Shown here: positions 19,190 to 28,923 of the stretch, one piece after another
How the letters are laid out: every line of letters begins with the position of its first letter
Numbering within the stretch: position 1 is the stretch's first letter
Origin: Gemmatimonadota bacterium
GTDB lineage: Bacteria > Gemmatimonadota > Gemmatimonadetes > Gemmatimonadales > Gemmatimonadaceae
DNA: 64,000 bases
Reading direction: 5' to 3'
NCBI GenBank assembly: GCA_021298395.1
Contig: JAJTFH010000003.1
Span: forward strand, 16,138-80,137
Made by a program: the position numbers and the translations under genes
The notes under the pieces: generated by a model
What the model was told of the DNA's origin: nothing
Databases searched by the model: none
What the model saw: the letters and a program-made list of their open reading frames with translations, nothing else

Positions 19190-21197
19190 GCCCCCGACCG
19201 CCGGTGCGCCTGACGCTCGAGACCCCGGTGACCTATCTGACCGGGGTCGGCCCGCGGCGCGCCGAGCTCCTCAAACGACTCAACATCTTCACCGCGGGGG
19301 ATCTGCTCTGGCATATCCCACATCGCTACGAGGATGCTACCACGGTCCGGTCGATCAACTCGCTCCGCGTCGGTGAGGATGCGACGGTGATCGGCACGGT
19401 GATCAGCACCGGGATCCTTCCGACGAAGAAGGGACTGCGCGTCTTCCAGGCGGTGGTGCAGGATGCGTCGGGGCTGATCGAGGTGGCGTGGCCGGGGCAA
19501 CCCTGGCTCGATCGGCAGATCACGAAGGAGGATGTGCTCCTCCTGAGTGGGCCGGTGCGCTTCTTCCACGGCCGACAGTTGGCCCCGCGTGAGTTCGTGA
19601 ACCTGGGCGCGGGCGCTGATGGCACGACGGGGGGGCGCGTGCTCTCGGTCTACGGCGCCACCGAGGGACTCTCGGTCAAGGTGATCCGCGGGCTGATCGA
19701 GTCGCATCTCGATGCGCTGCTCCCGTTGGTGGAGGAGTATCTCCCGGCGTCGATGCTCGCGGCGGCGGGGGTGCCTGCGCTGCGCGAGGCGTTGGCGGCG
19801 GTGCATCGGCCCGCCTCAGTCGCCGCGGCGCTTGAGGGGCGGGCGCGGTTGGCGTTCGAGGAACTGCTCTTCGTCCATCTGTTGCATCGCAAGGCGCGGC
19901 AACTCACCCGGAGCGCGCGCGATGGGATCCGCTTCCTAAACAAGAAGAATCTCACCGCCCGGTTCCGTGAGGTCCTCCCCTTCACCCTGACCAAGGCGCA
20001 GGTCCGGAGCATCCGCGAGATCGTCGCCGATATGTGCGACGCGACGCGGATGCATCGACTCCTGCAGGGCGATGTGGGAGCGGGGAAGACCGTCGTCGCG
20101 CTCTTCGCCGCGTTGCTCGCGATGGAGAACTCGGGATCGTCCCGGTGCTGTTGACCGGGAGCCGGCGTGCGGCGGAACGCCGGCTCGCCGCCACCCGAAT
20201 GGAGGGAGGGGAGCCCTGCCTCGTGGTCGGCACGCACGCGCTGGTCCAGGAGAAGACGGCGTTTCGCTCGCTGGGGCTCGCCATCATCGACGAGCAGCAC
20301 CGCTTCGGCGTGGATCAGCGCCGCGCGCTGGCGGAGCGGGGGATGGGGCCGCAGAAGCCCGATGTCCTCCTGATGTCGGCGACCCCGATCCCGCGCTCCC
20401 TCGCCCTCACGATGTACGGCGATCTCGACGTGAGCCTCTTGGACGAGCGCCCACCGGGCCGGAAACCCGTCACCACCGCGATGCGCCCGGAATCGGCGCG
20501 GGCGAAGGTGATGGCCTTCATCCGCGCGCAGGTCGAGGGGGGGCGGCAGGCCTACATCGTCTACCCGCTCGTGGAGGAGTCGGAGAAGATCGCCCTCTCT
20601 GCCGCGACCACGGCCTTCGAGGCGCTGACCACCGGTCCCCTCGCCGGCCTCCGGCTCGCCCTCCTACACGGCCGGATGGCCGCTGACGAGAAGGACGAGG
20701 TGATGCGCCGTTTCCGTGATGGGGCGATCGATGTCTTGGTCGCGACGACGGTGATCGAGGTCGGGATCGATGTCCCCAATGCGACGGTGATGGTCGTGGA
20801 GCATCCGGAACGCTTCGGGCTTTCGCAGCTCCATCAGCTGCGGGGGCGGGTGGGGCGCGGGGCCGCCGAGTCGTTCTGCATCCTGCTGGGGGATGTGGGG
20901 GTCGAGGCGGGAGAGCGCCTTCAGGTGATCGTCGGGAGCGAGGACGGCTTCGAGATCGCCCGCGCCGACCTCGCCATCCGTGGGATGGGGGACCTCTTCG
21001 GGGAGCGGCAGAGCGGGGTCCCCACCTTCCGGATCGCCGACCCCCTCAAGGACGAGGCCCTGAGCGATGCGGCCCGGGCCGCCGCCGACCGCCTCGTGGA
21101 TGAGGACCCCGATCTGGCCCGCCCCGAGCATCGGCGCATCAAGCAGGTGCTCCGGCGCGGCTACGGTCGCGCGTTGGAGCTCTTCCGCGTCGGGTGA
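19186..21197 (+). pseudogene. recG: ATP-dependent DNA helicase RecG, interrupted by an out-of-frame internal deletion near 20125-20136
   Basis: ORF 19186..20154 (frame 1) carries the wedge region and Walker A (QGDVGAGKTVVALFAALLAMEN), then stops after a few nonsense codons. ORF 20034..21197 (frame 0) is RecG-like only from ELGIVPVLLTGS onward (VVGTHAL, IIDEQHRFGV, SATPIPRSL, ATTVIEVGIDVPNA, QLRGRVGRG). The segment that should contain motif Ia (MAPTE..LA.QH) is absent. Confidence 0.75.
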
Positions 21198-21216
21198 TCC
21201 CCCCTAGCTTTCAAGG

Positions 21217-22524
21217 ATGTCCAGCACCGAGCCCGTGATCCGCATCGCCGACCTCCCCGACCGCGTCGGGCAGACCGTCACCCTCCGGGGGTGGGTCAGC
21301 CACCTTCGCTCTTCCGGGAAGATCGCCTTCGTCGTGCTGCGCGATGGCACGGGGCTCCTGCAGTGCGTCGTCGTGAAGAAGGAGGTCGATGAGGCGTCGT
21401 GGGCAACCTTCGGCACGCTCACGCTCGAGACCTCGGTCACCGTCACCGGTGAGGTGCGCGCCGACGCGCGCCAGGTCGGTGGGGTCGAGCTGGGGGTCAC
21501 GACCCTGTCGGTGATCGGCGCGAGCCCCCTCGACTATCCGATCCAACCCAAGGAGCACGGCGTCGACTTCCTCCTCGATCATCGCCACTTCTGGCTGCGC
21601 ACCCCGCGGCAGGTCGCGATCATGCGCATCCGCCACGAGATCGAGCAGGGGATCCACGACTTCTTCTACGAGCGCGGCTTCCTCCGCGTCGACACCCCGA
21701 TCCTCACCGCCGCGATCGGCGAGCGGAGCGGACTCTTCAGCACCGAGTACTTCGACGAGGGGAACGCCTACCTCGCGCAGACCGGCCAGCTCTACGGGGA
21801 GGCGGCGGCTGCCGCCTTCGGGAAGATCTACACCTTCGGTCCGACCTTCCGGGCGGAGAAGTCCAAGACGCGGCGCCATCTGACTGAGTTCTGGATGATC
21901 GAGCCCGAGGTCGCCTTCAACGACACGCATGCGAATATGCAGCTGCAGGAGGACTTCGTCTCCTTCCTCGTGCAGCGCGTGCTCGAGCGGCGTCGGGTCG
22001 AGCTCGCCGAGCTGGAGCGCGACGTGACCAAGCTCGAGAAGATCCGCGGCCCCTTCCCGCGCATCGACTACACCGACGCCGTCGCCACCCTGCAGAAGAA
22101 GGGGAGCGCGGTGCAGTGGGGCGAGGACCTTGGCGCCGAGGACGAGGCGCTCCTCGTGGAGGACTACGAGACCCCCATCTTCATCTGCAACTACCCCAAG
22201 GAGGCGAAGGCCTTCTACATGAAGGAGAACCCCGCCGATCCGCGCACCGTCCTCTGCGACGACATGCTCGCGCCGGAGGGATACGGGGAGATCATCGGTG
22301 GCTCGCAGCGCGAAGACGACTACGACAAGCTCCTCCATCGCATCCAGGAGGAAGGACTCCCCCTCGACGCGTACGGCTGGTATCTCGATCTCCGCAAGTA
22401 CGGGACCTTCGTGCACTCGGGCTTCGGCCTCGGCTTGGAGCGCACCGTCGCCTGGATCTGCGGCACGCCGCACATCCGCGAGTGCATCCCCTTTCCGCGG
22501 ATGATGCACCGCCTGCGCCCGTGA
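21217..22524 (+). CDS. asnS: Asparagine--tRNA ligase
   Basis: 435 aa class IIb synthetase. It has an N-terminal OB fold and an AsnRS-typical FRAEKSKTRRHLTEFWMIEPE. The class II motif 3 region is GFGLGLERTVAW. Confidence 0.9.
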   Translation: MSSTEPVIRIADLPDRVGQTVTLRGWVSHLRSSGKIAFVVLRDGTGLLQCVVVKKEVDEASWATFGTLTLETSVTVTGEVRADARQVGGVELGVTTLSVIGASPLDYPIQPKEHGVDFLLDHRHFWLRTPRQVAIMRIRHEIEQGIHDFFYERGFLRVDTPILTAAIGERSGLFSTEYFDEGNAYLAQTGQLYGEAAAAAFGKIYTFGPTFRAEKSKTRRHLTEFWMIEPEVAFNDTHANMQLQEDFVSFLVQRVLERRRVELAELERDVTKLEKIRGPFPRIDYTDAVATLQKKGSAVQWGEDLGAEDEALLVEDYETPIFICNYPKEAKAFYMKENPADPRTVLCDDMLAPEGYGEIIGGSQREDDYDKLLHRIQEEGLPLDAYGWYLDLRKYGTFVHSGFGLGLERTVAWICGTPHIRECIPFPRMMHRLRP

Positions 22525-22558
22525 TCGGGCATCGCCTCTGGGACGCCGAGCCGCTCGC

Positions 22559-23521
22559 GTGAGCGAGCACACGCTCCCACGGAACGCCGGCCAGCCCCTC
22601 GACCTCGAGCGGGTCCGCGCGATCCGCGTGAACCGCAGTGCGGCTGAGCGTCGCGCCGCGACGATCCCCACGCGACGCACCGTGAAAAAGGAGTGGCAGG
22701 CCGCCTGGTTGCTCAAGGCGATCACCCTGATGGACCTCACCACCCTCTCCGGCGACGACACCGCCGGGAACGTGACGCGGCTCTGTGCGAAGGCGCGTCG
22801 CCCCGTGCGCGTGGAGATCCTCGCCGCCCTCGGCGCGGAGTCGCTCGGGATCACCGTCGGGGCGGTCTGCGTCTACCACCGGTGGGTGGAGACCGCGGTG
22901 CGCGCCCTCGAGGGGAGCGGGATCCCCGTCGCAGCGGTCTCCACCGGCTTCCCGGCGGGGCTCTCGCCCTTCGAGACGCGACTCGCGGAGATCCACGCCT
23001 CGGTCGCGGCGGGGGCACGCGAGATCGATATCGTCATCACCCGCGCGCATGTGCTCACGGGGGATTGGACCGCGCTCTACGACGAGGTGTGTGCCTTCCG
23101 CGAGGCCTGCGGTGACGCGCACCTCAAGGCGATCCTCGCCACCGGCGAGCTCGCGACCCTGACCAACGTCGCGCGCGCGAGCTGGGTCGCGATGCAGGCG
23201 GGGGCCGACTTCATCAAGACGAGCACGGGGAAGGAAGGGGTGAACGCGACCCTCCCCGTCTCCCTCGTGATGGCGCGTCAGATCCGCGAGTACGCCGAGG
23301 CCACCGGCTGCCAGGTGGGGTACAAGCCCGCCGGTGGGATCCGCGCCGCCAAGCCCGCGCTCGATTATCTCCTCCTCATGAAGGAGGAGCTCGGCGTGCG
23401 CTGGTTGCAGCCCGATCTCTTCCGCTTCGGGGCCTCTGGGCTCCTCACCGACATCGAGCGTCAGCTCGAACATCACGTCACCGGGCGCTACGCAGCGGCC
23501 CATCGCCAGCCGATGCCATGA
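22559..23521 (+). CDS. deoC: Deoxyribose-phosphate aldolase (long DERA form)
   Basis: 320 aa. The Schiff-base lysine context is GADFIKTSTGK and the second Lys is in GYKPAGGIR. GTG start at 22559. The stop overlaps the downstream ALDH ATG (ATGA). Confidence 0.88.
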   Translation: MSEHTLPRNAGQPLDLERVRAIRVNRSAAERRAATIPTRRTVKKEWQAAWLLKAITLMDLTTLSGDDTAGNVTRLCAKARRPVRVEILAALGAESLGITVGAVCVYHRWVETAVRALEGSGIPVAAVSTGFPAGLSPFETRLAEIHASVAAGAREIDIVITRAHVLTGDWTALYDEVCAFREACGDAHLKAILATGELATLTNVARASWVAMQAGADFIKTSTGKEGVNATLPVSLVMARQIREYAEATGCQVGYKPAGGIRAAKPALDYLLLMKEELGVRWLQPDLFRFGASGLLTDIERQLEHHVTGRYAAAHRQPMP

Positions 23522-25742
23522 CTCGCGTCGCCGAACTCTTCCAGTCGATGGATTACGGGCCCGCTCGGCGCGTGGCGCCTGCGGGAAGTGGGCGAAGCTC
23601 ACCCCCCATCAGCGGGCGCGGCACCTCTATGCGCTCGCCCGCATGGTGCAGAAGCATGCGCGGCTCTTTGCCGTCCTCGAGTCGATGGACAACGGGAAGC
23701 CGATCCGCGAGACGCGCGATCTCGACATCCCCCTCGTGGCCCGTCACTTCTACCATCACGCGGGGTGGGCGCAGCTCCTCCCGACCGAGTTCCCCGGCTA
23801 CGGCCCCGTGGGCGTGGTGGGGCAGATCATCCCGTGGAACTTCCCGCTCCTGATGCTCGCGTGGAAGGTCGCGCCGGCGCTCGCGGCGGGGAACACCGTG
23901 GTCTTGAAACCGGCGGAGTTCACCCCGCTCTCGGCGCTCCTCTTCGCCGAGCTCGCGGCGCAGGCGGGACTCCCGGCGGGGGTACTCAACATCGTGACCG
24001 GTGATGGCGCGACCGGGGCGGCGCTCGTCTCGCACCCTGGTGTCGACAAGATCGCTTTCACCGGTTCGACCGAGGTGGGCAAGATCATTCGCAAGGCGAC
24101 GGCGGGATCGGGGAAGAAGCTCTCGCTCGAGCTTGGCGGGAAGTCGCCCTTCATCGTGTACGAGGATGCCGACCTCGACGCCGTGGTCGAGGGCGTCGTC
24201 GATGCGATCTGGTTCAATCAGGGGCAGGTCTGCTGCGCGGGGTCGCGACTTCTCGTGCAGGAGGGGATCCACGATCGCCTGATCGAGAAGCTGCGCGCGC
24301 GGATGGAGACGCTGCGCGTCGGGCCTCCCCTCGATAAGGGGATCGACATGGGGGCGATCGTCGCGCCCGAGCAGTTGGAGCGGATCCGGGCGCTCTGTGC
24401 GCAGGGTGAGGTCGAAGGGGCCACGCGCTACCAGGCGACCAGCGCGGTGCCGAGCACCGGGTGCTTCTTCCCACCGACGCTCTTCACGAACGTTTCCCCC
24501 GCGAGCACCATCGCACAGGTCGAGATCTTCGGCCCGGTGATGGTCGCGATGACCTTCCGCACGCCGGAGGAGTCGGTCGCACTCGCCAACAACACGGTGT
24601 ACGGGCTCGCGGCGAGTCTTTGGACGGAGAACATCAACCTCGCGCTCGACATCGCGCCAAAGCTCAAGGCCGGCGTGGTGTGGGTGAACGCGACGAATCT
24701 CTTCGATGCGGCCGCCGGCTTCGGTGGCTATCGAGAGAGCGGGTTCGGTCGCGAGGGAGGGAAGGAGGGGATGTGGGAGTACCTCCTCCCCGAGGGCGCC
24801 ACTCGCGCCTCCGAGGCCACGGTCCGGCGCGCGCGCGAGGAGAAGAGGGCCACCGCACGGGCCCCCGAGACGCCACGTGAGCCTGTGTTGAGCCCGATCG
24901 AGCAGGTCGATCGCACCGCGAAACTCTTCATTGGCGGGAAGCAGGCGCGTCCGGACTCCGGGTACTCGCGCGCGATCCTCGACCTGAAGGGGCGCATCGT
25001 CGGCGAGGCGGGCGAGGGCAACCGCAAGGACCTCCGCAACGCCGTCGAGGCGGCGCACGCGGCCGCCAAGGGATGGGCGACCTCCACCGGGCATCTGCGC
25101 GCGCAGATCCTCTACTACATCGGGGAGAACCTGAGTGCGCGCGCCGATGAGTTCGCGGCGCGTCTGCGCACGATGACCGGTGCCAGCGGACGCGAGGCGA
25201 CGCGCGAGGTGGAGCAGAGTATCGAGTGTTGCTTCGCCTACGCCGCGTGGGCCGACAAGTGGGATGGCGCGGTGCATCAGGTCCCATTCCGCGGGGTCGC
25301 GATCGCGATGCAGGAGCCGATCGGGGTGGTCGGCGTCGTCGCGCCGAGCGAGCCCCCATTGCTCGGCTTCGTCTCGATGATCGCCCCGCTCATCGCCACC
25401 GGGAACACCGTCGTCGCGATCCCGAGCGAGGCGCATCCCCTCGCGGCGACCGACCTCTATACCGTCTTCGAGAGCTCCGATCTCCCCGGGGGGGTGGTCA
25501 ACATCGTGACGGGGGCGAGCGAGGTGTTGGGGCAGGTGCTCGCCGAGCACGACGATGTGGAGGCGTTCTGGTTCATGGGCACGGAGGCCGGGCGGCGCAC
25601 GATGGAGCTTGCCTCGGCGGGGAACATGAAGCGGACCTTCTGTCGGATCACCCCGCGCGATGGGTCGGTGCCCGATGACATGCGGGCGCTGCTGCGCGAG
25701 GCGACACAGGTCAAGAACATCTGGGTCCCCTACGGGGCCTGA
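23518..25742 (+). pseudogene. Two-module aldehyde dehydrogenase family protein: a full ALDH plus a C-terminal ALDH-like cofactor-binding half. The 5' end is disrupted by an out-of-frame deletion near 23563-23570
   Basis: ATG 23518 (frame 1) gives MTRVAELFQSMDYGPA, then nonsense. The ALDH frame (frame 0) is recognisable only from ARGACGKWAKLTPHQRARHLYALARMVQKH... onward, and its first in-frame start is ATG 23643. Module 1 has catalytic Glu LELGGKSP and Cys GQVCCAGSR. Module 2 (about 24900-25742) runs KLFIGGKQARPDSG...GNMKRTF and has no catalytic domain. Confidence 0.65.
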
Positions 25743-25763
25743 TCCTCCAAGGTGGTTCGCACG

Positions 25764-25780
25764 CCACCCGTCTGGTGGCG
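25764..25780. terminator. Candidate bidirectional hairpin in the convergent ALDH / mazG spacer
   Basis: GCCACC (25764-25769) pairs with GGTGGC (25775-25780) around a 5-nt loop. An upstream GGTGG (25752-25756) could pair alternatively with the same CCACC. The stem is short and there is no U-tract. Confidence 0.3.
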
Positions 25781-25788
25781 CGCCGCGA

Positions 25789-26595
25789 TCACGTCGCGCG
25801 TTCCGTCGCCTTCACCTCGTCCCAGATCAGATCGAGCGCTTCGAGCCCCGCGGTGCGCACGTCGAGCCCGCGCGCCGTCGCGATCGTCTCCACCGCCTCG
25901 AATCGCCGTTGGAACTTCGCATTCGCCCGATCGAGCGCGAGCGCGGGATGCGTCCCCGCCTTCCGGCAGAGGTTCACCACCGCGAAGAGCAGGTCCCCGA
26001 GCTCCTCCTCGAGCGCGGCGTGGCGCGGATCGGCGCTCGGCACGCCATGCGTGTCGAAGGTCGCGCCATCCTGCGCGATCTGCGCCTTCACCTCATCCAA
26101 CTCCTCCGCGACCTTCTGCAGCGGCCCCTCCACATCGGGCCAGTCGAAGCCCACGCCGGCCGCGCGCTCCTGCAGGCGGTGCGCGCGGTGCAGGGCGGGG
26201 AGTCCGCTCGGGAGCCCCTCCGCCAGCGACCGACGATGCTTGGCCTTCATCTGCTCCCACGGCGTGCGCTCGGTCTCGGTCCCGTAGAGCCAGGGGTGCC
26301 GCGTCCGCATCTTGTGCACGAGCGAGCCCGCCACCTGTTCGGGGCCGAAGGCGTCGCGTTCCTCGGCGATCACCGCATGGAAGAGCACCTGCAGGAGCAC
26401 ATCGCCCAGCTCGCCGCACATCGCCGCGTCGTCCCCGTCACGAAGGGCGTCGTCGAGCTCGTGCATCTCCTCGTTGAGGTAGGGGCGGAGGGAGGCGTGG
26501 GTCTGGGCGCGATCCCAGGCATCGCGGGCGCGGAGGTCGCGCATGATCGCGAGGGCATCGTCGAGGGAGGCGCGGGGGCGGCGGTCGTCTTGCAT
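25789..26595 (-). CDS. mazG: Nucleoside triphosphate pyrophosphohydrolase MazG (tandem MazG domains)
   Basis: 268 aa, and the only convincing minus-strand gene. MazG-typical segments are LRPYLNEEMHELDDAL, ELGDVLLQVLFHA, KVAEELDEV and ELGDLLFAVVNL. Confidence 0.9.
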   Translation of the reverse strand: MQDDRRPRASLDDALAIMRDLRARDAWDRAQTHASLRPYLNEEMHELDDALRDGDDAAMCGELGDVLLQVLFHAVIAEERDAFGPEQVAGSLVHKMRTRHPWLYGTETERTPWEQMKAKHRRSLAEGLPSGLPALHRAHRLQERAAGVGFDWPDVEGPLQKVAEELDEVKAQIAQDGATFDTHGVPSADPRHAALEEELGDLLFAVVNLCRKAGTHPALALDRANAKFQRRFEAVETIATARGLDVRTAGLEALDLIWDEVKATERAT

Positions 26596-26629
26596 GGCTC
26601 AGAGGGGACCGGTAGTCTTGCAGATTCTC

Positions 26630-27763
26630 ATGTCGCGGGAATCTAGCCCCCCATCCAGTGAGGCACCGCCGCTCACAGCGGAGGCGGTGGCCCCGCTGCG
26701 CGCCTGGATCGAGGTCGACCTCGATGCGGTCCGTCGCAACGCCGAGCGCGTCACGGCGCACTCGGGGCTCCCGATGATCCCGATGGTGAAGGGGGACGCC
26801 TACGCCCTGGGTGTCCTCCCGGTGGTCCGCGTCTTGGAGCCGCTCGCGCCGCACGCGTATGGCGTCTCGGTCCCGGCAGAGGGGGAGGAGCTGCGCGCGG
26901 CGGGGATCTCGCGGAAGATCATCCTCTACACGCCCTGCCTGCCGCACGATCTCCTGCGGGCGCACGCGGCTGGGCTCACCCCCTCGCTCTCGAGCGCCGA
27001 GCAGATCGCCGCGTGGGCCGTGATGGGTGGTGGCGCGTGGCATCTGGTGATCGACACGGGGATGCATCGCGAGGGGATCGCGTGGGATGCGGTCGATACG
27101 CTCCGTCCCGTGCTCGCGGCTCACCCCCCGGCTGGTGTCTACACGCACTTCCATTCGGCGGACGCCGACGCGGAATCGATCGCGCAGCAGGAGTCGCGAT
27201 TCGCGCAGGCGGTGGCCGCGCTCCCGTCGCGACCCGCCCTGATGTACGCCGACAACAGCCCGGCGATGGCGCGCCGTGCCACCTCGCCCTTCGGCGCGAC
27301 GCGCCCCGGGGCCTTCCTCTACGGCCTCTCCGGCGGCCCCCACGCCGTGATCCATCCCGATCCGGTGGTGCACGTGCGCGCACGGATCCTCGAGCTGCGG
27401 TGGATCGAGGCGGGGGAGACGGTGAGCTACGGCGCCACCTGGCGTGCCCCGCGCCGCACCCGCGTGGCGACCGTCGCGATCGGGCACGCCGATGGGTGGC
27501 GTCGCGCCCTCTCCAACTGGTCGGATGGACTCCTCCATGGGCGCCGCGTGCCGATGATCGGCAACGTCACCATGGATATGACGATGGCCGATGTGACGGA
27601 GGTCGAGGCGACCGTCGGCGACGTCGTCACCGTGCTCGGGACCGACGGCACCGAGACGCTGACCCTCGATGGGGTCGCGACGCGCGCGGGGCTCTCGCCC
27701 TACGAACTGCTCAACGGTCTTCGCTCGCGGCTCCCGCATCACTATCGCGGCGGGCATCTATGA
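26630..27763 (+). CDS. alr: Alanine racemase
   Basis: Motifs are the PLP-Lys context MVKGDAYALG, plus DTGMHREG, THFHSAD, RPGAFLYG, GHADGW and GNVTMDM. Start is ATG 26630 (or ATG 26594). It is divergent from mazG with a 34-nt (or overlapping) spacer. Confidence 0.85.
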   Translation: MSRESSPPSSEAPPLTAEAVAPLRAWIEVDLDAVRRNAERVTAHSGLPMIPMVKGDAYALGVLPVVRVLEPLAPHAYGVSVPAEGEELRAAGISRKIILYTPCLPHDLLRAHAAGLTPSLSSAEQIAAWAVMGGGAWHLVIDTGMHREGIAWDAVDTLRPVLAAHPPAGVYTHFHSADADAESIAQQESRFAQAVAALPSRPALMYADNSPAMARRATSPFGATRPGAFLYGLSGGPHAVIHPDPVVHVRARILELRWIEAGETVSYGATWRAPRRTRVATVAIGHADGWRRALSNWSDGLLHGRRVPMIGNVTMDMTMADVTEVEATVGDVVTVLGTDGTETLTLDGVATRAGLSPYELLNGLRSRLPHHYRGGHL

Positions 27764-28923
27764 GTCGGGCGCTCATCCTCGTCCTCGATGGCGCCGGGAT
27801 CGGCGAGGCGCCGGACGCCGCGGCCTACGGCGATGTCGGCTCCAACACGCTGGGGAACCTCGCGCGCGCCGTCGGGGGGCTACAGGTCCCCAATCTCGAG
27901 CGGCTCGGGCTCGGCCGCATCGCCCCGCTCGATGGCGTCGCGCCGGTGGCGCACCCCGCGGCGGCCTTCGGCCTGATGGAGCCCCGCTCCTCGGGGAAGG
28001 ACAGCACCACCGGCCACTGGGAGCTCGCCGGGGTCCATCTCGCCACACCCTTCCCGACCTACCCACACGGTTTTCCCGCGGAGCTGGTGGCCGAGTTCGC
28101 GGCGCGTACCGGCCGTGGGGTGATCGGCAACGTGGTCGGGAGCGGGACGGTGATCCTCACGGAATACGGCGAGCGGCACCAGCAGACGGGGGCGTGGATC
28201 CTCTACACCTCGGCCGATTCGGTCTTCCAGATCGCGGCGCACGAGGAGACGGTCCCCTTGGCCGAGCTCTACGCCGCCTGCGAGACGGCGCGCGCCATGC
28301 TCATCCCCCCGCACGACATCTCCCGCGTGATCGCGCGGCCGTTCGTGGGACGTCCGGGGGCCTACACCCGAACGGCGAACCGGCGCGACTTCGCGATCGC
28401 CGCCCCGTCGGAGACGCTCCTGGATGCGCTCGCGGCCGCCGGGATCCCGCGGGTCGGGGTGGGGAAGGTGGACGACCTCTTCGCGCGGCGAGGGCTGGAG
28501 GGGGGCCACACGAAGGACAACGCCGAGGGGATCGCGCGGCTCCTCGACTGGCTCCGCACCGGTCCCGATGGGCTCTGCTTCGCCAACCTTGTAGATTTCG
28601 ACCAGTTATACGGGCACCGGAACGACGTTCCGGGGTTCGATCAGGCGGTGCGGGCGTTCGACGCCGCGCTCCCTGAACTCATCGCCGCCCTCCGCGAGGA
28701 CGACCTGCTCTTCATCACGGCCGACCATGGTAACGACCCGACGACGCCGTCCACCGATCACGCCCGCGAGTGCGTGCCGGTCTTGGTCGTCGGTCCTCGG
28801 GTGACCCCGGTCGACCTCGGGCGGCGGTCCACCTTCTCCGACCTCGGCGCGACCGTGGCGGAGTGGCTGGGGATTTCGTTCCGTGGGCGCGGGACCTCGT
28901 TCCTCGCGCCGGTGGTGCGATGA
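27760..28923 (+). CDS. deoB: Phosphopentomutase
   Basis: Start at ATG 27760 (ATGA overlap with the alr stop), inside the longer ORF 27013..28923. Motifs are LVLDGAGIGE, LYGHRNDV and ITADHGNDPT. Confidence 0.92.
   Translation: MSRALILVLDGAGIGEAPDAAAYGDVGSNTLGNLARAVGGLQVPNLERLGLGRIAPLDGVAPVAHPAAAFGLMEPRSSGKDSTTGHWELAGVHLATPFPTYPHGFPAELVAEFAARTGRGVIGNVVGSGTVILTEYGERHQQTGAWILYTSADSVFQIAAHEETVPLAELYAACETARAMLIPPHDISRVIARPFVGRPGAYTRTANRRDFAIAAPSETLLDALAAAGIPRVGVGKVDDLFARRGLEGGHTKDNAEGIARLLDWLRTGPDGLCFANLVDFDQLYGHRNDVPGFDQAVRAFDAALPELIAALREDDLLFITADHGNDPTTPSTDHARECVPVLVVGPRVTPVDLGRRSTFSDLGATVAEWLGISFRGRGTSFLAPVVR

Noticed and set aside
20034-20120. The possibility that the recG break is a programmed frameshift or a selenocysteine (TGA) recoding event, given that selB is in the window.
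   Set aside because: The two parts are in different frames, and a conserved protein segment (motif Ia) is physically missing. That is not consistent with recoding. No slippery heptamer or SECIS-like hairpin is evident at the junction.
21211-25550. Large minus-strand ORFs 21211..22854 (547 aa), 22292..23602 (436 aa) and 23553..25550 (665 aa).
   Set aside because: They are antisense to asnS, deoC and the ALDH respectively. They have no motifs and a composition typical of GC-rich shadow ORFs.
26594-26632. The mazG/alr head-to-head junction as a possible shared regulatory region.
   Set aside because: The spacer is at most 34 nt, or negative if alr starts at ATG 26594. It contains no obvious palindrome or AT-rich box, so there is nothing to support a specific call.
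27013-27759. Long 5' extensions of several + strand ORFs, for example 27013..28923. The same pattern occurs in 544.., 6818.., 11567.., 39453.., 42113.., 45635.., 46840.., 47339.., 48999.., 51049.. and 52161...
   Set aside because: The extensions overlap the preceding real gene in another frame and translate to Arg/Gly/Pro-rich nonsense. In each case the family-typical N-terminus begins at an ATG or GTG that overlaps or abuts the upstream stop, so I used that start.
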